Part shown: positions 42,330 to 58,295 of the stretch, piece after piece | How positions within the stretch are numbered: position 1 is the stretch's first letter | Layout of the letters: the number at the start of each line of letters is the position of its first letter | Source of the DNA: Chloroflexota bacterium | GTDB lineage: Bacteria > Chloroflexota > Dormibacteria > CF-121 | NCBI GenBank assembly: GCA_005882775.1 | Contig: VBDY01000123.1 | Coordinates: forward strand, 732-64,731 | Direction: 5' to 3' | DNA length: 64,000 bases | Translations under genes and position numbers: made by a program | Notes under the pieces: generated by a model | What the model was told of the DNA's origin: nothing | Seen by the model: the letters and a program-made list of their open reading frames with translations, nothing else | Database searches by the model: none

Positions 42330-43514
42330 TTACTTGATGACCTTGGTGGCCACCCCGGCGCCCACGGTCCGGCCGCCCTCGCGAATTGCGAAGCGCATGC
42401 CTTCCTCGACCGCGATCGGGGTGATGAGCTTGATCTTCATGTTGATGTTGTCGCCGGGCATCACCATCTCCGTGCCCTCGGGCAGCTCCACCTCGCCGGT
42501 GACGTCGGTGGTCCGGACGTAAAACTGCGGCCGATAACCCTTGAAGAACGGCGTGTGGCGCCCACCCTCCTCCTTGGTCAGCACGTAGACCTGGGAGTCG
42601 AACTCGGTGTGGGGCTTGATCGAGCCGGGCTTGGCCAGCACCTGGCCGCGCTCGACCTCCTCGCGCTTGATGCCTCGGAGCAGGCAGCCGACGTTGTCGC
42701 CCGCCTGGCCGGAATCCAGAAGCTTGTGGAACATCTCCACCCCGGTGACCACGGTCTTGCGGGTGTCGTTGATGCCCACCATCTCGACCTCTTCGTTCAC
42801 CTTGACCTGACCCCGCTCGATCCGGCCGGTGACCACCGTGCCACGACCTTCGATCGAGAAGACGTCCTCGATCGGCATCATGAACGGCTTGTCCAGGGCC
42901 CGCTCGGGTACCGGGATGTAGCTGTCGACCGCGTCCATCAGCTTCATCACCGAGTCTTCCCACTGGGCGTCGCCCTCGAGGGCCTTGAGCGCCGAGACCT
43001 TGACCACCGGGATGTCGTCGCCCGGGAACTCATACCGGGAGAGCAGCTCCCGGACCTCGAGCTCGACCAGTTCCAGGATCTCGGGATCGTCGACAGCATC
43101 GACCTTGTTCAGGGCGACCACGATCCGGGGCACGCCGACCTGACGGGCAAGCAGGATATGCTCCCGGGTCTGGGGCATCGGCCCGTCGGTGGCCGCCACA
43201 ACCAGGATCGCGCCGTCCATCTGGGCGGCGCCGGTGATCATGTTCTTGATGTAGTCCGCGTGGCCGGGGCAGTCCACGTGTGCGTAGTGACGCTTGTCGG
43301 TCTCGTACTCGACATGCGCGGTCGCGATCGTGATGCCTCGCGCCTTCTCTTCCGGGGCGTTATCGATCGAGTCAAACGACCGGAACTCGGCGAATCCCTT
43401 CTTGGATAAAACCTTGGTGATGGCCGCGGTCAGTGTGGTCTTGCCATGGTCGATGTGACCGATGGTCCCAACGTTCACGTGCGGCTTCGTCCGCTCGAAT
43501 TTCTTCTTCGCCAT
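42330..43514 (-). CDS. tuf: Elongation factor Tu
   Basis: [32 protein letters not shown]... Only a 1-nt gap to rpsJ. Confidence 0.97.
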   Translation of the reverse strand: MAKKKFERTKPHVNVGTIGHIDHGKTTLTAAITKVLSKKGFAEFRSFDSIDNAPEEKARGITIATAHVEYETDKRHYAHVDCPGHADYIKNMITGAAQMDGAILVVAATDGPMPQTREHILLARQVGVPRIVVALNKVDAVDDPEILELVELEVRELLSRYEFPGDDIPVVKVSALKALEGDAQWEDSVMKLMDAVDSYIPVPERALDKPFMMPIEDVFSIEGRGTVVTGRIERGQVKVNEEVEMVGINDTRKTVVTGVEMFHKLLDSGQAGDNVGCLLRGIKREEVERGQVLAKPGSIKPHTEFDSQVYVLTKEEGGRHTPFFKGYRPQFYVRTTDVTGEVELPEGTEMVMPGDNINMKIKLITPIAVEEGMRFAIREGGRTVGAGVATKVIK

Positions 43515-43540
43515 TGCTACTCCTTCTTGGAATCCTCTCC

Positions 43541-45631
43541 TTACGCTTTGGCCTTCGCCACGATCTCTTCGCCGATCGACTTGGGCACTTCCTGGTAGTG
43601 ATGAAACTCCATGCTGTAGGTCGCCCTACCCTGGGTGCGCGAGCGCAGCTCGGTCGCGTAGCCGAACATGTTGCCCAGCGGCACGTAGGCACGCACCACC
43701 TGCATTGTGGCGCGACCCTCCATACCCAGGATCTGCCCGCGCCGGGCACTCAGGTCCCCGATGATGTCACCCATGAACTCCTCGGGCATGACGACCTCGA
43801 CTCTCATGATCGGCTCGAGCAGGGCGGGCTGCGCCTTGCGCATGCCGTCCTTGGCCGCCATCGAGCCGGCGATGGTGAAGGCCATCTCGGATGAGTCCAC
43901 CTCGTGGTAAGAGCCATCAACCAGGGTGACCTTGACGTCCACCACCGGATAGCCGGCCAGCACGCCGTTGTTCATGGACTCGATCACGCCCTTCTCAACG
44001 GCACTGTGGTATTCCTTCGGAATGGATCCACCCACGATCTTGTTGACGAACTCGAAACCCTTGCCCACCTCGTTCGGCTCGATGTCGAGCTCGGCGTGCC
44101 CGTACTGGCCACGCCCACCCGACTGCCGCACAAAGCGGCCGATACCGCGGGCCTTGCGCTTGATCGTCTCCCGATAAGCGACCTGCGGCTTACCCACGTT
44201 GGCATCGACCGCAAACTCGCGAAGCATCCGGTCCACGATGATCTCGAGGTGCAGTTCGCCCATCCCGGAGATGATCGTCTGGGCAGTCTCCTCGTCGGTG
44301 CGGACCTTAAAGGTGGGGTCCTCCTCAGCCAGCTTGGCGAGCGCCTGACCCATCTTCTCCTGGTCCACCTTGGTGCGTGGCTCGATGGCGACGCTGATCA
44401 CCGGCTCCGGGAAGATGATCGACTCGAGCACGATCGGGTTGTTCTCGTCCGCCAGGGTGTCGCCCGTGGTGGTCTGCTTCAGCCCGATGGCCGCGGCGAT
44501 GTCGCCGGCGTAGACCTCGGAGATCTCCTCGCGATGGTTGGCGTGCATCTGCAGGATGCGGCCGACCCGCTCCTTGGCGCCCCGAGTCGCGTTCCATACG
44601 TATGACCCAGACTTGAGCGTGCCGGCATAGACCCGGAAGAAGGTCAGCTTGCCCACGTAGGGATCGGTAGCGATCTTGAATGCGAGCCCGGCGAAGGGCT
44701 GGTTGTCCTCGGGCTTGCGCCGCTCTGGCGCGTTGCTCTTGGGGTTGATGCCTTCCACCCCCAACTTGTCGATCGGGGAAGGCAGGAAGTCCACGATGGC
44801 ATCGAGCATCGGCTGGATGCCCCGGTTGCGCAGGGCGGCCCCGCACAGCACCGGCACCAACTTGTTGGCGACCGTGCCCTTGCGGATGGCAGCCACGATC
44901 TCCGGGCCGGTGATCGGCTGGTCCTCCAGGTACTTCTGCAGAAGCTGGTCGTCGTACTCGGCCACAGCCTCCACCAGCTGCTTGTGGTGGAGCTCGACCT
45001 GGGCGCTCATGGCCTCCGGGATCTCCTCGGTCTCCATGGTGGTGCCCAGGTCGTCCTGGTAGACGATCGCAACCTTATTAATAAGGTCGACCACGCCCTC
45101 GAAGGAGTCCTCGCTGCCGATCGGGAGCTGGATCGGGACCGCGTTGGCCCCCAGCCGCTCGCGGATCGACTTCCAGGATGCGAAGAAGTCGGCGCCGACA
45201 CGGTCCATCTTGTTGATGAAGGCGATCCGGGGCACCTCGTAGCGGTCGGCCTGCCGCCAGACGGTTTCCGACTGGGGTTCCACCCCGGCGACCGCGTCGA
45301 AGACGGCCACGGCGCCATCCAGTACCCGGAGGCTGCGCTCGACCTCGACGGTGAAATCTACGTGTCCGGGTGTGTCTATGATGTTGATGCGGTGGCCACG
45401 CCAGTTGGCGGCCGTGGCCGCCGAGGTAATGGTGATGCCGCGCTCCTGCTCCTGGACCATCCAGTCCATGGTGGCCGCCCCCTCGTGCACCTCGCCCATC
45501 TTGTGAATACGGCCGGTGTAAAAGAGGATGCGCTCCGTGGTGGTGGTTTTGCCCGCGTCGATGTGCGCCATGATCCCGATGTTGCGCACCTTGTCGAGCG
45601 GGTAGCTTCGAGCCATAGTTTTTTCTGTCAC
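43541..45631 (-). CDS. fusA: Elongation factor G
   Basis: 696 aa, ...[20 protein letters not shown]... Confidence 0.97.
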   Translation of the reverse strand: MTEKTMARSYPLDKVRNIGIMAHIDAGKTTTTERILFYTGRIHKMGEVHEGAATMDWMVQEQERGITITSAATAANWRGHRINIIDTPGHVDFTVEVERSLRVLDGAVAVFDAVAGVEPQSETVWRQADRYEVPRIAFINKMDRVGADFFASWKSIRERLGANAVPIQLPIGSEDSFEGVVDLINKVAIVYQDDLGTTMETEEIPEAMSAQVELHHKQLVEAVAEYDDQLLQKYLEDQPITGPEIVAAIRKGTVANKLVPVLCGAALRNRGIQPMLDAIVDFLPSPIDKLGVEGINPKSNAPERRKPEDNQPFAGLAFKIATDPYVGKLTFFRVYAGTLKSGSYVWNATRGAKERVGRILQMHANHREEISEVYAGDIAAAIGLKQTTTGDTLADENNPIVLESIIFPEPVISVAIEPRTKVDQEKMGQALAKLAEEDPTFKVRTDEETAQTIISGMGELHLEIIVDRMLREFAVDANVGKPQVAYRETIKRKARGIGRFVRQSGGRGQYGHAELDIEPNEVGKGFEFVNKIVGGSIPKEYHSAVEKGVIESMNNGVLAGYPVVDVKVTLVDGSYHEVDSSEMAFTIAGSMAAKDGMRKAQPALLEPIMRVEVVMPEEFMGDIIGDLSARRGQILGMEGRATMQVVRAYVPLGNMFGYATELRSRTQGRATYSMEFHHYQEVPKSIGEEIVAKAKA

Positions 45632-45634
45632 TTC

Positions 45635-46105
45635 CTAGTACCTGAAATGGCTGAAAGCCTTATTGCTTTCGGCCATCTTGTGGGTTTCTTCGCGGCGCTT
45701 GATGGTCGCGCCGACCCCATTTGCCGCATCCATCAATTCCCCAGCGAGCTTCTCTTCAAACGACTTGCCGGAGCGGGCGCGGGCATACCGGACGATCCAG
45801 CGGCGGGCGAGCGCCAGCCGCCGCTCGGGCTTGATCTCGACCGGGACCTGGTAGGTGGCGCCCCCGATCCGGCGGGGCTTGACCTCCAGGACGGGGGTGG
45901 CGTTCTTGATGGCGGCGTCGAAAACCTCGATCGGATCCTTCTTGGAGACCCGCTTGATCCGGTCCAGGGAGGTGTAGAACACGTGTTCGGCCACGCTTCG
46001 CTTGCCCCGCTGCATCACCACGTTGACGAACTTAGCTACGCCCTCGTGTGTGTACACCGGGTCAGGGAGAATGACGCGCTTACGAATTCGGGGACGGCGG
46101 GGCAC
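45635..46105 (-). CDS. rpsG: 30S ribosomal protein S7
   Basis: (V)[43 protein letters not shown]...; GTG start at 46105, 2 nt after the rpsL stop. The track fuses it in-frame to the rpsL N-terminus. Confidence 0.9.
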   Translation of the reverse strand: MPRRPRIRKRVILPDPVYTHEGVAKFVNVVMQRGKRSVAEHVFYTSLDRIKRVSKKDPIEVFDAAIKNATPVLEVKPRRIGGATYQVPVEIKPERRLALARRWIVRYARARSGKSFEEKLAGELMDAANGVGATIKRREETHKMAESNKAFSHFRY

Positions 46106-46107
46106 GG

Positions 46108-46420
46108 CTAGGCCTTCTTCGCCTTTTCGCGCTTGGCGCCGTACTTGGACCGGCCCTGCTTGCGCCCCTTGGCGCCGGCCGTGTCCAGGGTGCCGCGGAC
46201 CACGTGGTAGCGGACACCGGGGAGGTCCTTGACGCGCCCACCCCGGATCAGGCCGGACCCGGGCGACCTTGCGGAGAGCGGAGTTCGGCTTCTTGGGGGT
46301 GGTGGTATATACGCGCACGCAGACGCCGCGCCGCTGGGGCGAGCCCTGCAGCGCCGGCGCCTTTGTCTTCTTGAACAAAGGCTTGCGGCCAGTACGGATC
46401 AGCTGTGCAATGGTGGGCAT
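46108..46420 (-). pseudogene. rpsL: 30S ribosomal protein S12 gene, disrupted: about 24 conserved codons are missing and there is a +1 frame change after codon 56
   Basis: Frame 1 gives [56 protein letters not shown]. The S12 C-terminus [47 protein letters not shown] continues in the +1 frame. The canonical LTxGxEVTAYIPGxGHNLQEHSVV segment between them is absent. The original frame has no stop and reads through into rpsG. Confidence 0.6.
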
Positions 46421-46439
46421 AGTTTGACCAACGCGCTTT

Positions 46440-47699
46440 TTAAGACGCGAAGGGATAGTCTACGTCCGCTGCCGGCTTCCTGTCAAATACGGTGGCCGTT
46501 CTGGCGGCTGACGTCCGGCCGAGCAGGCCGATCAGGATCAGCTCCGTCCCCAGGACCGCGTAAGTGGGCTGGAAGAACCTGTTCACGAAGAGGAAACCGA
46601 ACAGGGCGAGACCGATCCAGAGGATGACATCCGCGGACTGCCGCCGCTTGACGATCCAGCGCCAGCCGAGGATCCAGAGCGGGATGGTGACTACCGCCTG
46701 AAGCAGAAAGAAAGGGAATGGATCTCGGGCGCCGCGGATCACCCCGGCGTTCAGCAGCAATGTGGACAGGCCCAGGCCCTGGATCGGGTAGGCATCCTGG
46801 CCGCTGGCCAGGTTGTAGGCGATGGTGTCCCGGAAGAAGGCCGCGGGATCCCACAGGATAAAGGGCAGGAAGAGCGCCAGGACGGCGGCCAGCGAGACCC
46901 CCGCCGACTTGACCATGGTCCGGCGGTCGGCGCCGCAGGCCACCGCCCAGGCGACGATGGGCGGAACCGCCACCAGGGCCGTCTGCTTGGTCGCGATGGC
47001 GAGTCCGAGTACGAGAGCCCCTGGGATGAACTGCTTGCGGCCTACCAGGAGGATTGCCGCGAAGAGCAGGCAGATCATGGGCAGGTCGTTGTCGCCCAGG
47101 ACTGCCAGCAGGGTGTGGCCCGGGACGAGGAAGAGCGTCAGTGCCGCCATTCTTCCCGCCGTCCCCGGGATGAGTTTGCGGAGCAGGACCCAGGCCGCTA
47201 CCGCGGCACCGAGCAACAGGATGCGCTCGTCCCACCAGCCGAGGAGCCATTGCCAGCCAGCCTGGACCGGCGCGGGCAACACGATCGTGCCCGGCCAGTA
47301 GTCGAGGTGGTGGAGTGCCGGGTTTGGAAATGGCTGCGCCCATGGGGCCCCCTCCAGACCGGTGCCGACATAGTTGAAGCCATAGGGGTCGAGTCCCGAG
47401 AGCAACACTCTCCTGGCGATCTGAATCTGGAGGGCGCCATCACCGATCAGGGCCCTGGTCGCGGGCAGGAGGTGCCAGCGGGCGATTGCGTCGATGATGG
47501 GCATGCCGTAAAGCGAAGCGGCAACCGTGCCGGCGGCGAGCTCGCGTGCTCGTGGCCGCAACACCGCGAGAAGGATAGCGGCGGCGGTGGCCCCCAACCA
47601 ACCCAGGATTTCCCACGCCGGCCAGCCCCAGATTTGCCCGATCCGCCAATCCACCGCTGCCGACGGAATGGCCAGGAGCACTAGGAGCCATATCTCCAC
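46440..47699 (-). CDS. Polytopic integral membrane protein (about 11 TM helices; possibly a GT87/DUF2029-like glycosyltransferase fold), inserted between rpoC and rpsL
   Basis: Hydrophobic throughout. The likely start is GTG at 47699 ([12 protein letters not shown]...), with GAGG 8 nt upstream. The track ORF is extended over the rpoC terminator. Confidence 0.5.
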   Translation of the reverse strand: MEIWLLVLLAIPSAAVDWRIGQIWGWPAWEILGWLGATAAAILLAVLRPRARELAAGTVAASLYGMPIIDAIARWHLLPATRALIGDGALQIQIARRVLLSGLDPYGFNYVGTGLEGAPWAQPFPNPALHHLDYWPGTIVLPAPVQAGWQWLLGWWDERILLLGAAVAAWVLLRKLIPGTAGRMAALTLFLVPGHTLLAVLGDNDLPMICLLFAAILLVGRKQFIPGALVLGLAIATKQTALVAVPPIVAWAVACGADRRTMVKSAGVSLAAVLALFLPFILWDPAAFFRDTIAYNLASGQDAYPIQGLGLSTLLLNAGVIRGARDPFPFFLLQAVVTIPLWILGWRWIVKRRQSADVILWIGLALFGFLFVNRFFQPTYAVLGTELILIGLLGRTSAARTATVFDRKPAADVDYPFAS

Positions 47700-47805
47700 G
47701 GGGCGCCTCGAGGCGGAAGTCCCAACTCGGTGCCACGTCGCTGGGAGCGCCGATTCCACCCCGGTACAACGCCATGAGAGCCTGATCCTTGGACGGCACG
47801 GAGCT

Positions 47806-47840
47806 GCAAACAAAGAGGCCGCCCCCGGGCGGCCTCTTCG
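47806..47840 (-). terminator. Rho-independent terminator about 20 nt downstream of rpoC
   Basis: Minus strand reads AAGAGGCCGCC-cggg-GGCGGCCUCUU (11-bp GC-rich stem) followed by UGUUUGC. Confidence 0.55.
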
Positions 47841-47858
47841 CGGTATGCAGTAGCTGGG

Positions 47859-52094
<4,236 letters not shown>

Positions 52095-52097
52095 GTA

Positions 52098-55000
52098 CTA
52101 CCTCAAAGAATCCAGCGGATTTTGCGTCCGGGTGGCGGTCCATTGGTCGGATTCGTCGATCTCATCCCGCTCGAGGTTGATACCCAGGTCAAGCGGCATC
52201 TCGGTCATATCGTCTTCTGACAGGATCACCTGCTTCTCGCCGTCGGACTGGATCTCGACGCCGAGCGCCAGACCCTCCAGCTCCTTGACCAGGACCCGGA
52301 AAGACTCCGGGATGCCGGCCTCGAGCGTGTTCTCGCCCTTGACGATCGCCTCATAGGCCTTGACCCGGCCCACGATGTCGTCGGACTTGACGGTCAGGAT
52401 CTCCTGCAGGATGTGCGAAGCGCCATAGGCCTCGAGTGCCCAGACTTCCATCTCGCCGAAGCGCTGTCCACCGAACTGCGCCTTGCCGCCGAGCGGCTGC
52501 TGGGTGACCAGCGAGTAGGGCCCGGTGGAGCGGGCGTGGATCTTGTCCTCGACCAGGTGGGCCAGCTTCATCATGTAGATGTAGCCGACCGTAACGGCAT
52601 GGTCGAATTCGTCGCCGGTGCGACCATCCCGAAGGGTGATCTTGCCGCTCTCGGGAAGGCTGGCCTTGACCAGCTCTTCCTCGATGAACTCCTCGGAGGC
52701 GCCGTCGAAGACCGGCGTCGCCACCTTGAGCCCGAGCGCGTGCGCGGCCCAGCCCAGATGCGTCTCGAGCACCTGGCCCAGGTTCATGCGGCTCGGAACC
52801 CCGAGCGGGTTCAGCACGATCTCGACCGGCATGCCGTCGGGCATGTAGGGCATGTCCTCGGTCGGCAGAATCCGGGCGATGACACCCTTGTTCCCGTGTC
52901 GCCCGGCCATCTTGTCGCCCTGGGCGATCTTTCGCTTCTGGGCAACATAGACGCGCACCAGCTGGTTGACGCCGGGCGCCAGCTCGTCCTTGGTCTCGCG
53001 GCTGAAGATCTTGACGTCGACGACGATGCCTCGCTCGCCATGCGGTACACGCAGCGAGGAGTCGCGCACCTCGCGCGCCTTCTCACCGAAGATGGCGCGC
53101 AGGAGGCGTTCCTCGGCCGAGAGCTCCGACTCGCCTTTGGGCGTGATCTTGCCAACCAGGATGTCGCCCGGGTGGACCTCCGCTCCGATATAGACGATGC
53201 CGCGCTCGTCGAGGTTCTTGAGCGTCTCATCACTCACGTTCGGGATATCGCGGGTGATCTCCTCGGGACCGAGCTTGGTGTCGCGGGCCTCGATCTCGTA
53301 CTCCTCGATGTGGATCGAGGTGTACTTGTCGTCCCGCACGATCGATTCCGAGATCAAAATGGCGTCCTCGTAGTTGTAGCCCTCCCAGGGCATGAAGGCC
53401 ACCAGCACGTTGCGGCCCAGCGCCAGCTCACCTTCGGAGGTGGCCGGTCCATCGGCCAGGACGTCGCCCGCCTTGACCTGGTCGTCAGCATGCACGATGA
53501 CACGCTGCGAGAGGCAGGTACCCTGGTTGGAGCGCTCGAACTTGTGGATCGCGTACCACTGGTCGGCCGACCCGTCGTCTGGCTTGAGCAGGATGCCGAA
53601 CTCGCGCTTGAGAGTCTCGAGCTTGGCCGAAGGATGGTCTGCCGGCGGCGGGGCGGCGCAGGACACGATCTTGCCAGCGCTCTTCGCGATGATCAGCTCG
53701 CCCGAATCGCGGGCCGCCGCGCTCTCCATCCCGGTGCCCACGATGGGCGCCTCGGTCACGACCAGCGGCACCGCCTGGCGCTGCATGTTCGAACCCATCA
53801 GCGCGCGGTTCGCGTCGTCGTGCTCGAGGAATGGGATCAGGGCGGTGGCCACGCTCACCGTCTGCTTGGGGGAAACGTCCATGAACTGGATCCGGTTGAC
53901 GTCCGCGACCAGGAAGAGGTTCTTGGTCCGGGCGGTGATCCGCTCCTCAACAAAGTGGCCGCTCTCGTCGACCGGCGCGTTCGCCTGGGCCACGATGTAG
54001 CGGTCCTCCTCATCGGCTGACAGGTAGGCGACCTCGTTACTCACCCAGGGCTTGATCGGCAGCTCGCCGACCTTGGCCTTGACCAGGGCGTCGGCGGTCT
54101 CCCGATCCAGGACATCACCCGGCTTGGCCAGGCGGGTCCGCTTGTTAGCCGGATCCATGACGTCTTCGCGGACCGTCCGGCCGACCAGCCGGTCCCGGTA
54201 CGCCTTCTCGGCCGGCATGGTGGCGTAAACCCGGCGGAACGGGGTCTCGATGAAACCGTACTCGTTGACACGGGCGAAGATCGCCAGTGACCCCATCAGG
54301 CCGATGTTCGGACCTTCCGGCGTCTCGATCGGACAGATTCGCCCGTAGTGGGAGTGGTGCACGTCGCGGACATCGAATCCGGCGCGCTCGCGAGAGAGGC
54401 CGCCCGGGCCCAGGGCTGACAGCCGGCGCTTGTGGGTCAGCTCGGCCAGCGGGTTGGTCTGGTCCATGAACTGGGACAGTTGGCTGGAGCCGAAGAACTC
54501 CTTGATGGCGGCCACCACCGGACGCGCGTTGATCAGGCTGGCCGCCGTCACGGTGGCGGCGTCGCAGATGGTCATGCGCTCCTTGATGATCCGCTCCATT
54601 CGGATCAGGCCCATGCGGAACTGGTTCTGGAGAAGCTCGCCCACGGCCCGCACCCGGCGGTTGCCCAGGTGGTCGATGTCATCCGGCTCACCGCCGCCGT
54701 TGTTCAGCTCGGTCAGCTTGCGGATGATGGCGATGAAGTCGTCGTTCGACAGGGTGCGGACGTTCATGTCCGTGCCCAGCCCGAGCCGGCGATTCAGCTT
54801 GAACCGGCCGACCTTGGACAGGTCGAACCGCCGCGGGTTGAAGAACAGCGCAGTCATCAAAGCGCGGGCGTTGTCCACGGTCGGCGGGTCGCCCGGTCGA
54901 ATCTTCTTGTACATCTCGACCAGGGCGTCGTTGACGTCGGTCGAGGAGTCCTTCTCCAGGGTCGCCTGGATGAACTTGTGTTCGGGGTTGTTGTCGACAT

Positions 55001-55640
55001 CGGCGAAGAGCGCCTTGATCTCGTTGTTGCTGCCGTAGCCGAGGGCACGGACCAGGGTGGTGACCGGGATCTTCCGCTTGCGGTCGATCTTGACGGTAAG
55101 GATGTCCTTGCCCGAGGTCTCGATCTCTAGCCAGGCTCCCCGGTTGGGGATCAGCTTGGCGGCGTAGAGCATCCGCCCCGACGCCCGGTCCTCGCTGGAG
55201 GTGAAGTAGATGCCCGGCGACCGGACCAGCTGGGAGACCACCACCCGCTCCGTCCCGTTGACGATGAAGGTGCCCTCCTCGGTCATGATCGGGAAGTCGC
55301 CCATGAAGACCTCGGATTCCTTGATCTCGCCGGCGTTCTCCCCGGTACGGATGGTCAGCCTGGTGTTGATCCGCAGGGGCGCCGCGTAGGTCATGTCCCG
55401 GTTTCGGCACTCTTCCTTATCGAACTTGGGCAGACCGAACTCGTAGTCGAGGAACTTGAGCTCGTAGTTCTTGCCTGTGTAGTCGGTGATGGGGTTGATC
55501 TCCTCGAAGAGCTCCCGCAGGCCTTCCCGCTTGAACCAGCTAAAAGAACGCAGCTGGGTCTCGATCAGGTCCTGGACCGGGATCATCTCGGGGATGTGGC
55601 CGAAGTTCACGCGGGCGCCATCAACAGCAGGTTGAATCAT
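52098..55640 (-). CDS. rpoB: DNA-directed RNA polymerase subunit beta
   Basis: 1180 aa, RpoB conserved blocks. Confidence 0.97.
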   Translation of the reverse strand: MIQPAVDGARVNFGHIPEMIPVQDLIETQLRSFSWFKREGLRELFEEINPITDYTGKNYELKFLDYEFGLPKFDKEECRNRDMTYAAPLRINTRLTIRTGENAGEIKESEVFMGDFPIMTEEGTFIVNGTERVVVSQLVRSPGIYFTSSEDRASGRMLYAAKLIPNRGAWLEIETSGKDILTVKIDRKRKIPVTTLVRALGYGSNNEIKALFADVDNNPEHKFIQATLEKDSSTDVNDALVEMYKKIRPGDPPTVDNARALMTALFFNPRRFDLSKVGRFKLNRRLGLGTDMNVRTLSNDDFIAIIRKLTELNNGGGEPDDIDHLGNRRVRAVGELLQNQFRMGLIRMERIIKERMTICDAATVTAASLINARPVVAAIKEFFGSSQLSQFMDQTNPLAELTHKRRLSALGPGGLSRERAGFDVRDVHHSHYGRICPIETPEGPNIGLMGSLAIFARVNEYGFIETPFRRVYATMPAEKAYRDRLVGRTVREDVMDPANKRTRLAKPGDVLDRETADALVKAKVGELPIKPWVSNEVAYLSADEEDRYIVAQANAPVDESGHFVEERITARTKNLFLVADVNRIQFMDVSPKQTVSVATALIPFLEHDDANRALMGSNMQRQAVPLVVTEAPIVGTGMESAAARDSGELIIAKSAGKIVSCAAPPPADHPSAKLETLKREFGILLKPDDGSADQWYAIHKFERSNQGTCLSQRVIVHADDQVKAGDVLADGPATSEGELALGRNVLVAFMPWEGYNYEDAILISESIVRDDKYTSIHIEEYEIEARDTKLGPEEITRDIPNVSDETLKNLDERGIVYIGAEVHPGDILVGKITPKGESELSAEERLLRAIFGEKAREVRDSSLRVPHGERGIVVDVKIFSRETKDELAPGVNQLVRVYVAQKRKIAQGDKMAGRHGNKGVIARILPTEDMPYMPDGMPVEIVLNPLGVPSRMNLGQVLETHLGWAAHALGLKVATPVFDGASEEFIEEELVKASLPESGKITLRDGRTGDEFDHAVTVGYIYMMKLAHLVEDKIHARSTGPYSLVTQQPLGGKAQFGGQRFGEMEVWALEAYGASHILQEILTVKSDDIVGRVKAYEAIVKGENTLEAGIPESFRVLVKELEGLALGVEIQSDGEKQVILSEDDMTEMPLDLGINLERDEIDESDQWTATRTQNPLDSLR

Positions 55641-55953
55641 GAAGGGCGATTCTCCTTTGAATGAGAAAGAGGAAAACTAGGCAGGCCGACAGTGCTGGGG
55701 GCGCGGAAATGGGAGCTTTTCAGCACCGAACGGCAATCCTAACACCCCTGTCTCTACCCTGTCAAGGGCGCGCACAAACTTGCCGCGTCGCCCCCGGGCT
55801 TCGCGCGGGGCCCACGGCTGGTTCCGCGGGCGGTCTATCGGGTCAGAAACCGAATCTAGACGTTGTCAGCCTAATCGCCGGGATTTTACCACCTGAGACC
55901 CGGGAAAGGAACCCTTTTCGGCTCCTTCCCGAGCGATTTGCGTTCTGTCTGGA

Positions 55954-56343
55954 CTACTTGATTTCGGCGCTGGCCCCTGCGTCCTTGAGCTTCTTGAGGA
56001 CGGACTCGGCCTCTTCCCGGTTGACCCCCTGCTTGACCGGCTTTGGAGCCTGATCGACCAGGTCCTTGGCCTCTTTCAGGCCCAGGCCGGTGATCTCGCG
56101 GACCACCTTGATCACGCCGATTTTGGCGTCCCCGGGCCCCGTCAGGACGACCTGGAACTCGGTCTGCTCCGCCTCGGGCGCAGGGGCGGCGGCGCCGCCG
56201 CCGGCAGGGGCAGCCGCAACTGCAACCGGCGCGGCCGCGGTGACGCCAAACTCCTGTTCGATGGCCTTGATGGCGTTCATGACGTCCACCACCGTCCAGT
56301 CCTTGAGCGCGGATACGAAGTCGTCGACACTTACTTTTGCCAC
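55954..56343 (-). CDS. rplL: 50S ribosomal protein L7/L12
   Basis: 129 aa with an Ala-rich hinge and C-terminal KEAKDLVD... Confidence 0.95.
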   Translation of the reverse strand: MAKVSVDDFVSALKDWTVVDVMNAIKAIEQEFGVTAAAPVAVAAAPAGGGAAAPAPEAEQTEFQVVLTGPGDAKIGVIKVVREITGLGLKEAKDLVDQAPKPVKQGVNREEAESVLKKLKDAGASAEIK

Positions 56344-56355
56344 TGTTTGTTCCTC

Positions 56356-56976
56356 CTAGGCTGCGGCCGGCGCGGGCGCCGGCGGTTGTGTCTGGTCCTT
56401 GGCGGCACGGACGGCGTCGAGGGTTCGGGCGAACTTCGAGAGGGGCGCCTGGAGCACGCTCGCCAGGCTTCCCAGCGGCGCCTGCATGGCGCCGAGCAGG
56501 CGGCTGATCAGCACCTCGCGGGAGGGCAGGTCGGCGAGTTCGGTGACAGTTTCCGACTTGATCAGCTGGCCTTCCAGCAGGCCGGCCTTGATGGCCATCT
56601 TCCGGTTGGCGCGAATGTACTCGGTCAGGACCCGGGCTGGGGCTGAAACATCATCACCGGCAAAGAGCATCGCGATCGGACCGGTCAGCTCTGGGCCGAG
56701 GGCAGGATATCCGGCTGCCTCGGCCGCTCGGCGGGCCAGGGTGTTCTTGACAACCATCATCTCCACGCCACCGCCGCGCAGCTTCTGACGCAGCTCCTGC
56801 ATCTGGCTGACGGTCATGCCTCGATAGTCGGCCAGCACGGCCGTCGAGGTCCCCTTAAGGCGCTCGGTTATCTCCTGGACGGTTAAGGCCTTCTGCGCTT
56901 TCTTGTCGACTTTCTCCGGCTTCTTGGTCGATGCGGCCAAACAAAAAACCTCCTCGCCCACAGGCAAGAAGGTCAA
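56356..56976 (-). CDS. rplJ: 50S ribosomal protein L10
   Basis: 206 aa, L10-like. The N-terminal start is uncertain. Confidence 0.85.
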   Translation of the reverse strand: MTFLPVGEEVFCLAASTKKPEKVDKKAQKALTVQEITERLKGTSTAVLADYRGMTVSQMQELRQKLRGGGVEMMVVKNTLARRAAEAAGYPALGPELTGPIAMLFAGDDVSAPARVLTEYIRANRKMAIKAGLLEGQLIKSETVTELADLPSREVLISRLLGAMQAPLGSLASVLQAPLSKFARTLDAVRAAKDQTQPPAPAPAAA

Positions 56977-57077
56977 TCACACATACCTTGCTCGCCTGCG
57001 CAGGGGATTGAGCCGGCTTTGCCGGCGCCTGCGGTCTCGGGCTATTGTCGTGTCGCGACCGCGAAGTATAGCAGAGG

Positions 57078-57785
57078 CTAGGCTGACATCCGGCCCGCCA
57101 GGGCGGGGTCGACGGGAACGCTGGGCCCCATTGTCGGGGCGAGGTAAACCGAGCGAAGGTACTGGCCTTTTGCGGAGCTCGGCTTCGACCGGACAACCGC
57201 GTCCATCAGGGCGGCGAAGTTCTCCTTGAGCTGAGCCTCCGTGTAAGACGCCTTGCCGATGTTGGTGTGGATGATGCCAGTCTTGTCCACCCTGTACTCG
57301 ATCCGACCACCCTGGATGTCCTTGACGGCCTTGGCGATATCGAAGGTGACAGTTCCGGCTCGAGGGTTTGGCATCAGGCCGCGGGGGCCGAGGATCTTTC
57401 CCAGCCGGCCAACCAACCCCATCATGTCCGGAGTCGCGAGAGCTATATCAAAATCGAGCCAGCCTTCCTGGATCCGTTTGACCAGGTCCTCACCGCCCAC
57501 GAACTCTGCGCCTGCCTCCTCTGCCTCCCGGATCTTTTCGCCGGTCGCGAAGACGAGCACCCTCCGCTTCTTGCCAGTCCCGTGCGGTAACGTGACGGAC
57601 CCGCGGACCATCTGGTCCGCGTGGCGGGGATCGACCCCCAGCCGCAGGTGGGCTTCGATCGAGCCGTCGAATTTTGAGGTGGAGCTGGCCTTGACCAGCC
57701 GGACCGCCTCATCCGGCGGGTACTGAGTCCCGCGCTGGATGGCGTTTGCCGCTTCCTTGTACTTCCTGCCCCGTGCCTGCGTCAT
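57078..57785 (-). CDS. rplA: 50S ribosomal protein L1
   Basis: The likely start is [16 protein letters not shown] at 57785, leaving a leader of about 78 nt after rplK (the usual L1 autoregulatory region). Confidence 0.9.
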   Translation of the reverse strand: MTQARGRKYKEAANAIQRGTQYPPDEAVRLVKASSTSKFDGSIEAHLRLGVDPRHADQMVRGSVTLPHGTGKKRRVLVFATGEKIREAEEAGAEFVGGEDLVKRIQEGWLDFDIALATPDMMGLVGRLGKILGPRGLMPNPRAGTVTFDIAKAVKDIQGGRIEYRVDKTGIIHTNIGKASYTEAQLKENFAALMDAVVRSKPSSAKGQYLRSVYLAPTMGPSVPVDPALAGRMSA

Positions 57786-57863
57786 GTGATTTCCTCCTGT
57801 GGTTGATAGCGGGCCGCGGCGCCCTCCCACGTTTCGCGCATCCTATATATACGTAATCAGCGC

Positions 57864-58292
57864 CTAGCTGGGCACCTCGATTCCCATGGAGCGGGCGGTC
57901 CCCTCGATCATCCGGGAGGCCGCGTCCAGGTCGAAGGCGTTCAGGTCCTTGAGCTTGAGCTGGGCAATTTCGCGCACCTGTTGCCGGCTGACCTTACCCA
58001 CCTTCTCCTTGTTGGGCTTGCCCGAACCCTTCTCGATCCCCGCCGCCTTCTTCAGCAGGACCGACGTCGGCGGGGTCCTGGTGACGAAGATGAAGCTTCG
58101 GTCTTCGAAGATGGTGATGGCCACCGGAATCACCTGCCCGGCCATGGAGGCGGTCCGCTCGTTGTAGGTCTTGCAGAATTCCATGATGTTGACCCCGTGG
58201 GGACCGAGGGCGGTGCCGACGGGCGGCGCCGGAGTGGCCTTCCCCGCCTCCAGCTGGATCTTGACGATCGCCTTGACTTTCTTCTTGCCCAT
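57864..58292 (-). CDS. rplK: 50S ribosomal protein L11
   Basis: [39 protein letters not shown]... Confidence 0.95.
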   Translation of the reverse strand: MGKKKVKAIVKIQLEAGKATPAPPVGTALGPHGVNIMEFCKTYNERTASMAGQVIPVAITIFEDRSFIFVTRTPPTSVLLKKAAGIEKGSGKPNKEKVGKVSRQQVREIAQLKLKDLNAFDLDAASRMIEGTARSMGIEVPS

Positions 58293-58295
58293 TTC

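Noticed and set aside
45635-46420. 261-aa ORF interpreted as a single protein
   Set aside because: It is a chimera of the S12 N-terminus, 45 junk codons and full S7, created by the rpsL frameshift. It is treated instead as disrupted rpsL plus separate rpsG.
55641-55953. Hairpin CGGGAAGGA...TCCTTTCCCG in the rplL-rpoB intergenic region as a possible attenuator
   Set aside because: The stem is imperfect and not followed by a U-tract. It may be part of the long rpoB leader but cannot be called a terminator from sequence alone.
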